64,000 bases of DNA. Source: Amoebidium appalachense (Eukaryota; Protista; Ichthyosporea). Each line of letters opens with the position of its first letter. Within the stretch, counting starts at the first letter, position 1. Below are positions 28,601 to 38,521 of this stretch, piece by piece. Below the pieces are notes generated by a model. It was not told the DNA's origin. It saw nothing but the letters and a program-made list of their open reading frames with translations, and did not search any database. The DNA lies in assembly GCA_963693365.1 (NCBI GenBank), contig CAVNZM010000016.1:6803029-6867028 (forward strand). The letters are read 5' to 3'. The position numbers were made by a program, and so were the translations under genes.

Positions 28601-29965
28601 ACCGTTGGTAGTTGCCGTGAACACACTGATGAGAGTGTCGGGGATGGAAGGCACGTAGAGTACATCCGTCAGCTGATGCACCGCAGTAACGCCGTCGATG
28701 GTGCTGGAAAAGAACACGTCGCCCACCCCAAGCACTGCACATGCACCCTTGTCGGCTACTTGGACCGTGGAGTAAGGCGCCGCACGCATGTTGATGAACA
28801 CATCGGGCCGGGGGCACACATGGTCAGTGGCTCCAGAGTCGAGGAGCACCTTGTTGGTGCCACAGTCGTTGCTAGACATGAGGAAAGCCCGGGGAGCGGC
28901 AGCCCCCCCCTTGCACTGTGCCGTAGTGTGGGTAGTAGAGGCAGGGTGGTTGATGCAGGACCCAGGCGGGAGGGGACCACCCTTAGGTTTGCGGCCGTTG
29001 GCACGGTTGCCCCCCTTGCACATGGCGGTAGTGTGACTGGTAGACAGTGGGTGGTTGACGCAGGAACCCTTGGGGTAGGTGCTGGCACGGTTGTTGCCAG
29101 AGTTGCTGTGTTGGCCGTTGCCGTTGGGGCACTGAGACTTGATGTGGCCTGGTTTGCCGCAGCCGTGGCAGATGACAGGTTGAGGAGCCCGTGTGGTGAA
29201 GGCGGCCGGCCCGGAGCTGGTAGTCACACGTGCACGTGGGTGGCTGGTCTCATATGCCCGTAGCTGTTGGAGGAGGCCCATCACGGTAGGCTTGGGTGTC
29301 ATCTTGTAGGCAATTACAGGCATTTCGTAGTAAGGCACCTTGCCGAGGTCGTTGGTGAGCTTGGTCAGCACTTGAGCATCACCAATTTGTGTGCCGTAAT
29401 CGGCCAGGCGCCGCACGTAGCCGCGGAGTTTCATGGCGTATTTCGTCGCGGTGTCCGTAGGTTCAGGCGTAGAATTCATGTACAGCCCGATAAGGTCGTA
29501 CTGATTGGCCTCAGATTGCTCCAGGTAGTGGGCAGATAGGGCCGACCATATCTCCGCAGGTGTGGTGGTGCGTGTTAACCCTAGGATACAACGCACGTCA
29601 ACCGAGAGTGCTTGCCACAGGTAGGAACGGGCAGTGTCGACCTGTTCACGGGTAGCCGGGTGCTCCGTACTGGGCGCGATGGTGTGGAGAAGACCAGCAC
29701 CAGAAAGCTGGACATACATGGTTTCGGCCCATGTGTGGTAGTCCGTGCCTGAATCATTATCAATGCCAGTGAAGAGAGGGATGTCGACCTTGAACTTGAT
29801 GGAATCATTACGTGAGGGGCCCATAACCCTGTTGGACATTGTGTTCATAGAAGCTAGTTCTAGTGCACGTTGTTCCTTCTGTAAGTCAGAAATGATTGCA
29901 TCTTGTGAGGCCAACCTCTGCTCCAGTAGTTGGACTAGTTGCTGCAACTGTAAGTTGTCAGACAT
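25667..29965 (-). CDS. Copia Gag-Pol polyprotein (Gag, protease, integrase, RT, RNase H), 1432 aa
   Basis: CHGCGKPGHIKSQC knuckle, LLDSGAT protease, WHYRLGH..CEPC, HSDISGP, QQNGTAER, KARLVARG, YVDD, GYSDSDYA and KHIDVRY appear in Copia order. Confidence 0.97.
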   Translation of the reverse strand: MSDNLQLQQLVQLLEQRLASQDAIISDLQKEQRALELASMNTMSNRVMGPSRNDSIKFKVDIPLFTGIDNDSGTDYHTWAETMYVQLSGAGLLHTIAPSTEHPATREQVDTARSYLWQALSVDVRCILGLTRTTTPAEIWSALSAHYLEQSEANQYDLIGLYMNSTPEPTDTATKYAMKLRGYVRRLADYGTQIGDAQVLTKLTNDLGKVPYYEMPVIAYKMTPKPTVMGLLQQLRAYETSHPRARVTTSSGPAAFTTRAPQPVICHGCGKPGHIKSQCPNGNGQHSNSGNNRASTYPKGSCVNHPLSTSHTTAMCKGGNRANGRKPKGGPLPPGSCINHPASTTHTTAQCKGGAAAPRAFLMSSNDCGTNKVLLDSGATDHVCPRPDVFINMRAAPYSTVQVADKGACAVLGVGDVFFSSTIDGVTAVHQLTDVLYVPSIPDTLISVFTATTNGVLPRFDTRGGVKLCYGDQILATGSAVGTKLYHMAVSLLRADTTPDAQTTTAPRILKVTADLNTWHYRLGHAGIDAVRSVIKSAGLLVGGGAKSPGVCEPCALGKAHRVAFSESTSQAPRVLAKVHSDISGPFPPAIGGAQYLATFHDEFTGHTTAVPLVKKSDTLAAYVTYHKAAVTQHGVPMQVFQSDGGGEYMGTAFGDYNREHGIRHQITTTGSPQQNGTAERLNRTLLDMVRALLQQSGLPVGFWAEAAVTAAFIRNMLPSRATGSQSSPALLWTGIPPDYSRLRVWGSPCYVHQQDTPKLAPRAVKGIFVGYPPNIKGYKVWIPAAHKMTVSRDVQFDEAAILHPLRDVPSDWSTAPAIHHFLESSDSSNQPANHIVRNDQQSDSSRLSANGTAPSDQLDIPILPEPAHRLPRTTRSGAVYNDQRRGPTANVAAATAPLAPQATAPASTPIKASTIVVPKTVRAALKSPQRLKWEEAAHRELKALEDNGTFTLVPRPEDGSTVIPVGWVFTVKQDNVGNVTAFKARLVARGNYQQPGQDYFVTESPVAALATIRLVLATSVAQGLPLRHIDVNTAFLNGTVNETIYIEQPPGFVNPSAPHAVGLLHKALYGLKQAPRQWYEALRDHLLDQGFIVSAADPCLFIKNAGTPTFIALAAYVDDFTVTAATDALIDDFFTKLDARFSAKDLGRPTLLIGHTLTWLEDGSLRLGHRQHIIDLAARFRLTHMSGTKTPIVPGQASESNKTPAYSKKEDYASLVGALLWIARTTRPDISQALGVLTRHIHAPTVTHWTMATRVVSYLLATIDLGIVYRPGPPNLVGYSDSDYAEDRDTRRSTTGYVFFINSSPVSWVSRLQSITTHSSTEAEFVAMSAATNEALWLNYVMDDLGLNPINEPTPVPIHGDNESARALLDTLGVKPKTKHIDVRYCSVKEHHLLGNITVVPVASADNKADMFTKALSASFFTKAVGMLNMC

Positions 29966-30595
29966 AGTGTCGTGTATGATGGGTAACTAGTCTATGTGTT
30001 TTGTGCACTGGAAACGACAGTAGAAAAGTGTAAATCAAACGTTCTGCTTCCCATGTTTGTGACATGGGAGGCACTGCTTTATATAGTCGTTGGCCACCTC
30101 ATGGTGGCCTCGTGTGCACCCTGGTGGTGGGCCATGTACAGCATGGCCGAAAAGAGAGCACAATGAAAACAAGTCGTTAAAGATATAAAAGTTAACTGTG
30201 CACGTTGAGTGGCTAGTTAACTTGCACTAAAGCACACAAATAAACGTGTTTAACACACCAATTGCAGTTAAACGTAAATCTTGCTTCACACAACTAAAAA
30301 TATTCTGAGAATATCCGGGAATAAAGCACACTACCACTCTAAGAATAGAATCCTGTGGCAAATATAGACATGACATCATCTGAACCGGGAATAGCCGAAA
30401 AGAGAGCACAATTAGCACGTTGCTAGTGAAGCTCGTCATTGGTACAGTTTTGGCTCAAACATATAACTACCATATATGAATATGACCGTAAACAAAAGCT
30501 CTATGCACTCGAGTGAGTGTTGAAACAGTTATTCAATTGCTCAGAAACTTTCTCTAACAGACATTGCTAGCCGGGAGTACCAGTGTACTCCAACA
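29830..30595 (-). repeat. Copia 5' LTR (contains the Gag start codon)
   Basis: Direct repeat of 24715-25480; PBS at 29817-29829. Confidence 0.95.
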
Positions 30596-30710
30596 TGACG
30601 CAGACGTGAGGCCTACCATCTTTGTATGTTTCAAAGAAGCATGCCTTGCTACCCCATACATCCCCTGCCTGAAGGAAACTTTCATTCCACAACTGCCAGG
30701 GGGTGTAGCT

Positions 30711-31419
30711 TGTCGTATCCTAATGTATATGTACTAGAGACGCGGTACTCTACTAAGTGTACACACACGAAAAGGAACGAACGTGTACGGAAAAACGGTA
30801 AAGTTTATTCAGACCAGGCTCCGACGGGCAAACTTAGATCCGTACGGAATGAGACTAAGTTACAACTGAGGCCATCAAGGCCGTGCCCTCAAAGATCATC
30901 ATCACCTGGCCCCCTACGATGCCACATTCCAAACATTTCGATCTACTTTTATCGTGCGCCTGCACGAGCTAAGTCGATCTACTCAACTAATATATTTATC
31001 CATGTCTCACCCCTCCCCCTCCCCCTAGTGGCACCGCAGAGTCTAAATCTACATTTCATACTATCCTCCCTCCCCCTCCCTCCCCCCCTTTCCTCTACAT
31101 CTAAATATATAAATACGTTTGGCAACATACACTATCAAACCTTGCCAATACTTACAAAAGGGCTTCTGCCCGAACAATCACATTCCTAAGTCCTCCTACG
31201 ATCTATCCTACACACTAATTAGAATTCTATTGGTCGGCTGTCCCGGCTGACGTGGTCCAATGCCCTGCGCCGGCAGAGGCAAGATGCACGCAGCTGTACA
31301 GCTATCTTGAGGCCCCGGACTTGATCTTGATGATCTGTGGACCCGGGCCACCCCCCCCCCCCCCCCCGATCTCGATCGTAGACTTAGGCTAATCTGCTGA
31401 GACGGATTAGTATATGTCA
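30711..31419 (-). mobile_element. Solo LTR, family 2, copy 1
   Basis: Reverse complement of the copies at 31773 and 33246. TG..CA termini; imperfect TSD TAGCT/(CA)CAGCT. Confidence 0.85.
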
Positions 31420-31772
31420 CACAGCTCTGGCTGCTTTTCCGGTTCGGGAAACCTAAAAGTAGAAACGGTAACGCTCTGGCCGACACCGGCTTGCGGGTTT
31501 ACATTTTCCTGACCCCTGTCCTTTCGAGTCTCACTAGCATAGTTACTCTTACAGTTGTATACAATGCACTTGTTCCCCATGATCTCTAAAGCGGAAACTA
31601 ACCATCCCTAAAAAGATACAACGCCATGGCATGGGCATATTGCCCATCCAGGTGCCACAGCAACCATAGGTGTCTTTGCGAGGGCAGTGTTCAAACAGTA
31701 CACCTACGTACGGCGGTTTTTTCGGGGGTGCGGCCGCATAAACAGACCGGCGATCGGCCGTACTCTTGTAGG

Positions 31773-32486
31773 TGACATATACTAATCCGCCTCAGCAGAT
31801 CAGCCTAAGTCTACGATCGAGATCGGGGGGGGGGGGGGGGGGGGGGTGGCCCGGGTCCACAGATCATCAAGATCAAGTCCGGGGCCTCAAGATAGCTGTA
31901 CAGCTGCGTGCATCTTGCCTCTGCCGGCGCAGGGCAGGACCACGTCAGCTGGGGCAGCCGACCAATAGAATTCTAATTAGTGTGTAGGATAGATCGTAGG
32001 AGGACTTAGGAATGTGATTGTTCGGGCAGAAGCCCTTTTGTAAGTATTGGCAAGGTTTGATAGTGTATGTTGCCAAACGTATTTATATATTTCGATGTAG
32101 AGGAAAGGGGGGAGGGAGGGGGGGGGGAGGATAGTATGAAATGTAGATTTAGACTCTGCGGTGCCACTAGGGGGAGGGTGAGGGGTGAGACATGGATAAA
32201 TATATTAGTTTGAGTAGATCGACTTAGCTCGTGCAGGCGCACGATAAAGTAGATCGGAATGTTTGGAATGTGGCATCGTAGGGGGGCCAGGTGATGATGA
32301 TCTTTGAGGGCACGGCCTTGATGGCCTCAGTTGTGACTTAGCCTCATTCCGTACGGATCTAAGTTTTGCCCGTCGGAGCCTGGTCTGAATAAACTTTACC
32401 GTTTTTCCGTACACGTTCGTTCCTTTTCGTGTGTGTACACTTAGTAGAGTGCCGCGTCTCTAGTACATACACAATAGGATACGACA
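31773..32486 (+). mobile_element. Solo LTR, family 2, copy 2
   Basis: TGACATATAC..GGATACGACA with perfect 5-bp TSD GTAGG; internal TATA-like motif and AATAAA. Confidence 0.9.
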
Positions 32487-32519
32487 GTAGGTCTAAATCA
32501 GCAATCGGCCGAGCCGAAA

Positions 32520-34860
32520 GAGAGGTTAAACGTCAAATAAAAATTGATGAAATTTAAGTCGTTTGTAGATCACGTTGCTGCCGAAGGCGAATAATTTTTT
32601 TTTTCTTTTGACTGGATGAGTCGACGGAAAGATATGCAAGTATGCACGGCATACTGAGAAGACAATAAAAACTTCACGAGTTATCCAGTAACACGTGCAT
32701 ACTGAGATACCTGAACACTGTGTGAAAATCATATAAATACTCAATGTGACGACCAACAGAATTCAACAAAAAGTCTAAAGTGTTCACATTGCCAGCTAGT
32801 GTAGCAGATACCCGGAGGGAAAGAGGTAAAACGCGACATAAAAATTCACACCTATCAACATGCTTGCGATTAAAAAGGTCAGCACAAAAGTCACGGTGGC
32901 ACCAGCGGCGATGAAAACAAGAATCATTGATCACAGCGCCACTGCACAACTTCCCAGGCAATATCAACATCAGAGCACCATACAGACTTATCTACTAGGG
33001 TGGTATCCATACGTACAGCAGGAGAAATGTATCCTGCCAAAGCTCCCAAAAAGCGATAATGATCAGTACGGTGTTGCCTAAGGAACATAACACATGCCGA
33101 CTGAGTTTTACCTTTGATTTCTCTATCAGAACGAGAAAGAAACTTATACTGCGTATGGTAATAACGCGAAAAGGCAGAAAAAACAGGAAGAGAAAAGAAA
33201 GAGGGAGTGAGATAGCGAGAGGAAGAATCAGGTGGAAAGAGGGTATGACATATACTAATCCGTCTCAGCAGATCAGTCTAAGTCTACGATCGAGATCGGG
33301 GGGGGGGGGGGGGGGGGGGGGTGGCCCGGGTCCACAGATCATCAAGATCAAGTCCGGGGCCTCAAGATAGCTGTGCAGCTGCGTGCATCATCTTGCCTCT
33401 GCCAGCGCAGGGCAGGACCACGTCAGCTGGGACAGCCGACCAATAGAATTCTAATTAGTGTGTAGAATAGATCGTAGGAGGACTTAGGAATGTGATTGTT
33501 CGGGCAGAAGCCCTTTTGTAAATATTGGCAAGTTTTGATAGTGTATGCTGCCAAACGTATTTATATATTTCGATGACAGAGGAAAGGGGGGAGGGAGGGG
33601 GGAGGGAGATAGTATGAAATGTAGAATTAGACTCTGCGGTGCCACTAGGGGAAGGGAGAGGGGTGAGACATGGATAAATATATTAGTTGAGTAGATCGAC
33701 TTAGCTCGTGCAGGCGCACGATAAAAGTAGATCGGAATGTTAATGGAATGTGGCATCGTAGGGGGGCCAGGTGATGATGATCTTGTAGGGCACGGCCTTG
33801 ATGGCCTCAGTTGTAACTTAGACTCAATCCGTACGGATCTAAGTTTGCCCGTCGGAGCCTGGTCTGAATAAACTTTACCGTTTTTCCGTACACGTTCGTT
33901 CCTTTTCGTGTGTGTACACTTAGTAGAGTGCCGCGTCTCTAGTACACATACATTAGGATACGACAGGGTAGGCTGAGGACATTCAGAAGTAGCGTTGGTG
34001 AATCGGGAGGGAAGAGGGATGGAGGGAGGGGGGCCGGGGGAAAGAAAGCATAAAGAGGGTGACCATCAGGTAGCCTAACTAAATGAAAACAAAAACGAAG
34101 AGACAATTCCTCCATACGAAACAGCAGACGACAATCCAAACATACTGATCAAGGGAGGCACAAACCGAGTACGAAACAAAGTGCGTAGCGCAGTACCCTG
34201 AAAATCGTCAAACTCGTTCAGCGCCATTGCCGCCTCACGAGGTGGGGCGCAGGCCAATAGCGGAAGTCCATATTCGAAAGTCGGCCGTAAAAAAGTTTTA
34301 TAGTAGAGACTGAAGAAGGTTCGCAGGATGGATCACAGACTCCTGTTGAAACATATTTGATACGATGTGAAGCTTACCCTTCGCACGAGCGATCCGTGCC
34401 GTGAGGAGCTTGCGGAAATCAATACCCCGTGTGACCAGTAAAAGGAATACCCAAATTGTCATAGGTGCTCTGAACAGGAATAGGAAGGCCGGCCAATCGA
34501 AAGGAAGTGTTCTTCGAAAAGTAGCACACTTTGCAATTCCGACTGTCATGAGATTCTCGGTGCACCATTGATCCACCTGACGAAGCATCTGGTGCATGAC
34601 ATCTTCGGTTAAGGAACAAAGAACAATATCGTCCGCAAAAAGCCGACCCGGTACACGGCGGGTATGCAGTTGGCCAAAGGGTTCGAGGGCGCAGGCTAAA
34701 TCGTCAATGAAAACGTCAAACAACAACGGACTCAGGAGGGACCCCTGCAGAAGACCCCGGGAACGGGAAAAACCGGGTGTCAATGTTCCATTGACCGCCG
34801 CTCGTCCGCGAGTGGTATCGAACAACGCTTGCAGAAGATCTGTGGAGAACATTTTCCCGC
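32520..34860 (-). pseudogene. Decayed 5'-truncated non-LTR retrotransposon (RT plus C-terminal region), split by solo LTR 3
   Basis: RGLLQGSLLSPLLFDVFIDDL..LFADDIVL..GIAKC, then FLRPTFEYGL, and beyond the LTR LAGYISPAVR..VVQWR..C..FNRKHVDRC. Frameshifts and stops present. Confidence 0.85.
33246..33965 (+). mobile_element. Solo LTR, family 2, copy 3, inserted in a LINE remnant
   Basis: TGACA..CGACA with perfect 5-bp TSD GGGTA. Confidence 0.9.
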
Positions 34861-34985
34861 CATTTTTGTAGGCCGCACCACCCCCGAGACCAAAAAACTT
34901 GCGCAAACAAATGAGCAAATTCCGATGATGTTGCCTTAGACGGCCTGGTGTTTCCAGATGGCCGTGAGCCTGATCTATAACTAAT

Positions 34986-36901
34986 AATAGTGTTTGGCAA
35001 CGCGGAGTTACGAACTCCGGCGTAGACCGTATACGCCGGGTATCAAATCAGTATCCAGATTCTGACTTGTAATCCGGATTTAGGTCAAAACCTGGCGTAG
35101 ATAACCGCTCGTGCCAAACAGACAACACTTTTTTCAGCTTAGTTTACCAAGTCACATTGCGCAAGTTTTACGTTGATCGGAGTGCGCATACTTTGCAGGT
35201 ATATCATACCTAGGACTCAGTACTATTTTTTTTGTAGTGACTGTGCAGTGTCCCGTATGTATCATATTTGTATACACTGTGATGATACCATTTGCATATA
35301 TAACAACAACAACGTTTCCGGTTGCAAAACCACTATGTATTTAGCACGAAACATGGCCCTTTCGGCCGCAATTGCAGCAATTGCATTCTTTGCTTCCCCC
35401 TACAGGCATCTTGTCGGTTCAGACAATCTTGACCGATGTGCAAAAGATTGTCTAATGGTAAAAAAAAAGTTGCCTACAAGTTGGCCGCGAAGAGGAAGAA
35501 TAGTTGAGGGGGGCTTGTTTTTATACGACCTACCACACGTGGCCGGCTGTGTGTGGCTGTGTCGCAGCCTGCGCTCGGGCTGTCGCAGGCTCACCAGCAA
35601 GCTGGCCATGCCGGTGACAACGGACTTTCCGTTTGGCGCCTTTTCCACTTTAACTTTGTTTGGCTATTTTGCACTGCCGACAATTGGATTAGAGAGAAAT
35701 GTAAAATTGTCTCACGTCATGAATTTTCATTGGTTTAGACCTTCACACGGCGTTGAACATTTCGCGCATAATCCACCTCCGGGTGGATTATAGAAATTGG
35801 AGTACAAGCGATGTCCAAGGGGTTTGAAACCCGGCGTACACAGGCCAGATTGGGCCGTCTGTTTGGCATCCGCGGATTTCAGAAATTCCGCTTTAGCGGC
35901 CCTAACTCCAAAATCGATCTTACTCCGGAGTATGGCCGCTAACTCCGGCGTAGACCGTATACGCCGGGTATCAAATCAGTATCCAGATTCTGATTTGTAA
36001 TCCGGATTTAGGTCAAAACCTGGCGTAGATAATAACCGCTCGTGCCAAACAGACAACACTTTTTTCAGCTGCAGTTTAGTTTATCAAGTCACATTGCGCA
36101 AGTTTTACGTTGATCGGAGTGCGCATACTTTGCACGTATATCGTACCTAGGACTCAGTACTATTTTTGTAGTGACTGTGCAGTGTCCCGTATGTATGTAT
36201 TTGTATACACTGTATTATACCATTTACATATATAACAACATCAATGTTTTCGGTTGCAAAACCACTATGTATTTAGCACGAAACATGGCCCTTTCGGCCG
36301 CAATTGCAGCAATTGCATTCTTTGCTTCCCCCTACAGGCATCCTGTCGGTTCAGACAATCTTGACCGATGTGCAAAAGATTGTCTAATGGTAAAAAAAAG
36401 GTTGCCTGATACAAGTTGGCCGCGAAGAGGAAGAATAGTTGTCAATGAGGGGGGCTTGTTTTTATACGACCTACCACACGTGGCCGGCTGTGTGTGGCTG
36501 GTCGCAGCCTGCGCTCGGGCTGTCGCAGGCTCACCAGCAAGCTGGCCATGCCGGTGACAACGGACTTTCCGTTTGGCGTCTTTTCCACTTTAACTGTTTT
36601 TGGCTATATTGCACTGCCGCCAATTGGCCGAGAGAGAAATGTAAAAAGGTCTCACGACGTGAATTTTCATTGGTTTAGACATTCACACGGCGTTCAATTT
36701 CGCGCATAATCCACCTCCGGAGGTGGATTATAGAAATTGGAGTACAAGCGATGTCCAAGGGGTTTGAAACCCGGCGTACACAGGCCCAGATTGGGCCGTC
36801 TGTTTGGCATCGCGGATTTCAGAAAATCCGCTTTAGCCCTAACTCCAAAATCGATCTTACTCCGGAGTATGGCCGCTAACTCCGCGTTGCCAAACAGGCC
36901 C
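34986..36901. mobile_element. Non-autonomous PIF/Harbinger-like TIR element containing two tandem units of about 930 bp
   Basis: TIR TGTTTGGCAACGCGGAGTTA (34991-35010) inverted at 36877-36896. The right end reads GGGCCTGTTTGG on the minus strand and is followed by TAA. Units start at 35013 and 35941. Confidence 0.7.
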
Positions 36902-38521
36902 TAAAGGCTTCAATGAGAAGACAAACGAAATTAAAGCTCAATCGGCATCGATTGACCTAACTTTAAAATCCAATGGTTAGCGGAAAATATAATTTTATAG
37001 ATTGATCTGGGACCAAATCGATTTGATAATTGGTCAATTTCAAGGATAGAAATCAATCGTCATTTGGTAAAAATGTTTCTTTAATCGAAGTGTCTTAAAA
37101 AACACACTGGTCCCGGCTAAGAAAACCTTTTCTATTAGCACTTCGCTAACAAACAAATGGTACCGTTCGATAGAGTCTAGACAATGAAATTAGCTTTCAT
37201 TTAAGTAGGCTATAGGTTTGAGGGGGTTCTGATCGGTGCGAAGGGTCGAAAATTACAATAAACAAAGTTGTCTTCTCATTGAAGGTACACATTAGCACAA
37301 ATGCGTCCATCACGTGCTGACGTAACAATGACGTTGTGCTTGTCGCGCACGCCATGGACGGACTCTCCGACTTGACGCTGGCCCTGTTCGTCAGAGAAAA
37401 AGCTGTCCATGCAATAATAGTTTGCACGTTGCACCCTCACGATAGATAGCATTTGATAGGTAGCGTTCATTGTACACGTGGCAGGAGCAGAAAATAGAGT
37501 TTGCCGCCCATTCAGGACATTAGTTAGATTCGTCGTTTATGATTGGCGTACAGACCACAATACCAGATGCCATCATGCAACTTTTTATCCCCTGTATCCA
37601 ATCAAAACACGTACTCGCACCATTTTTCATCCAGTATAATCAGCCGGATAGCCTGCGCAAAGTTGCAGCAAAATGTGTGGCACGTGCCCAAGTTCACAGA
37701 TTGAAAGCAGGAATACTACGGTAATATCGCCGTTGAAAGCTGGGAATAAAGCTGTAGAGTGCATCTTATAATTAGTGATCTCATCTTTTTATTGCGTCTA
37801 GTTTTTTCCTGTTTTCTACCAGCCTGCAAGAGGCACACGGCGGGCGTTGCAAAAGCAATGCGGACGAAATCGATTGGTCAAATACCAACCTATCAGAACC
37901 CCAAACACTCCACGTTTGTTTTCTTGTAGATATCTAGAAACTTTTGAATTCAAATTTGCATATATTCTATAAGTAGCACTAGCATGTGAGTCATTGACAA
38001 GCAGGAATGAATAAGTCTCGCCAAACTAGTGACACAAAAACGCGTTTAACTACCTGTGGTGTTTTTGATTAATGAAGCAGGTCTTATAATTAACGGAGTT
38101 TGAAGAAACTCTGAGAAAGTTGTAAGAAATTCGAAAGTTGTTTGTTTACACATATGCGCCCCACCAGGGTGGTATTTGGGGACTCAACCGTCACATCACC
38201 GCATTCCGTGCGCTGACAACATATCAACCCAGCGCACCCACATTGAGGCCATTTCATGTTTTTCAAGCAAAAGGTGTCAGCGTTATACGTGAAGGTTTCC
38301 CTGGCAAGCTATATACATATAGGCCGTAGCTTTCCCTATTTGTAGCTTTTCTCTTGTGCATATCAATTCCAACCACTCACACACGGTTCACACACTCTGT
38401 TTCCAATGTTCCAAAAAATAGGCCCCGATTAACGTTATCCCATTCTCTACAACCACACCCACCAGTTCACCACACAATCCAACCTCCTAATCCCCAGTTT
38501 GAGAAACACTTTACACTTGCC

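Larger units (their letters stand above)
24715..30595 (-). mobile_element. Full-length Ty1/Copia LTR retrotransposon
   Basis: 766-bp LTRs at 24715-25480 and 29830-30595 (TGTTGG..CCAACA), identical by eye. 5-bp TSD TGACG at 24710-24714 and 30596-30600. PBS GGTTATGGGCCC; PPT GAGTAGGGG. Confidence 0.97.
24100..31580 (-). pseudogene. Interrupted THAP zinc-finger plus coiled-coil ORF (DNA-transposon-like), in three pieces: 31580-31422, 30710-30596 and 24714 to about 24100
   Basis: With the insertions removed it reads MGNKCIVYNCKSNY..VSTFRFPEPEKQPEL..WQLW..RPHVCVKHFVDADYF, matching the THAP C2CH pattern, followed by an E/R/A-rich coiled coil. At least two frameshifts. Confidence 0.75.

Noticed and set aside
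31773-33965. A single LTR element bounded by LTR copies 2 and 3
   Set aside because: Each LTR has its own perfect TSD, and the intervening DNA is the continuation of the LINE remnant.
35173-35793. 206-aa ORF in the tandem unit
   Set aside because: Frameshifted in the second unit, no ATG start, and no recognisable domain.
37197-37470. Short coding-looking segment on the minus strand
   Set aside because: No identifiable motif or supporting exon chain.
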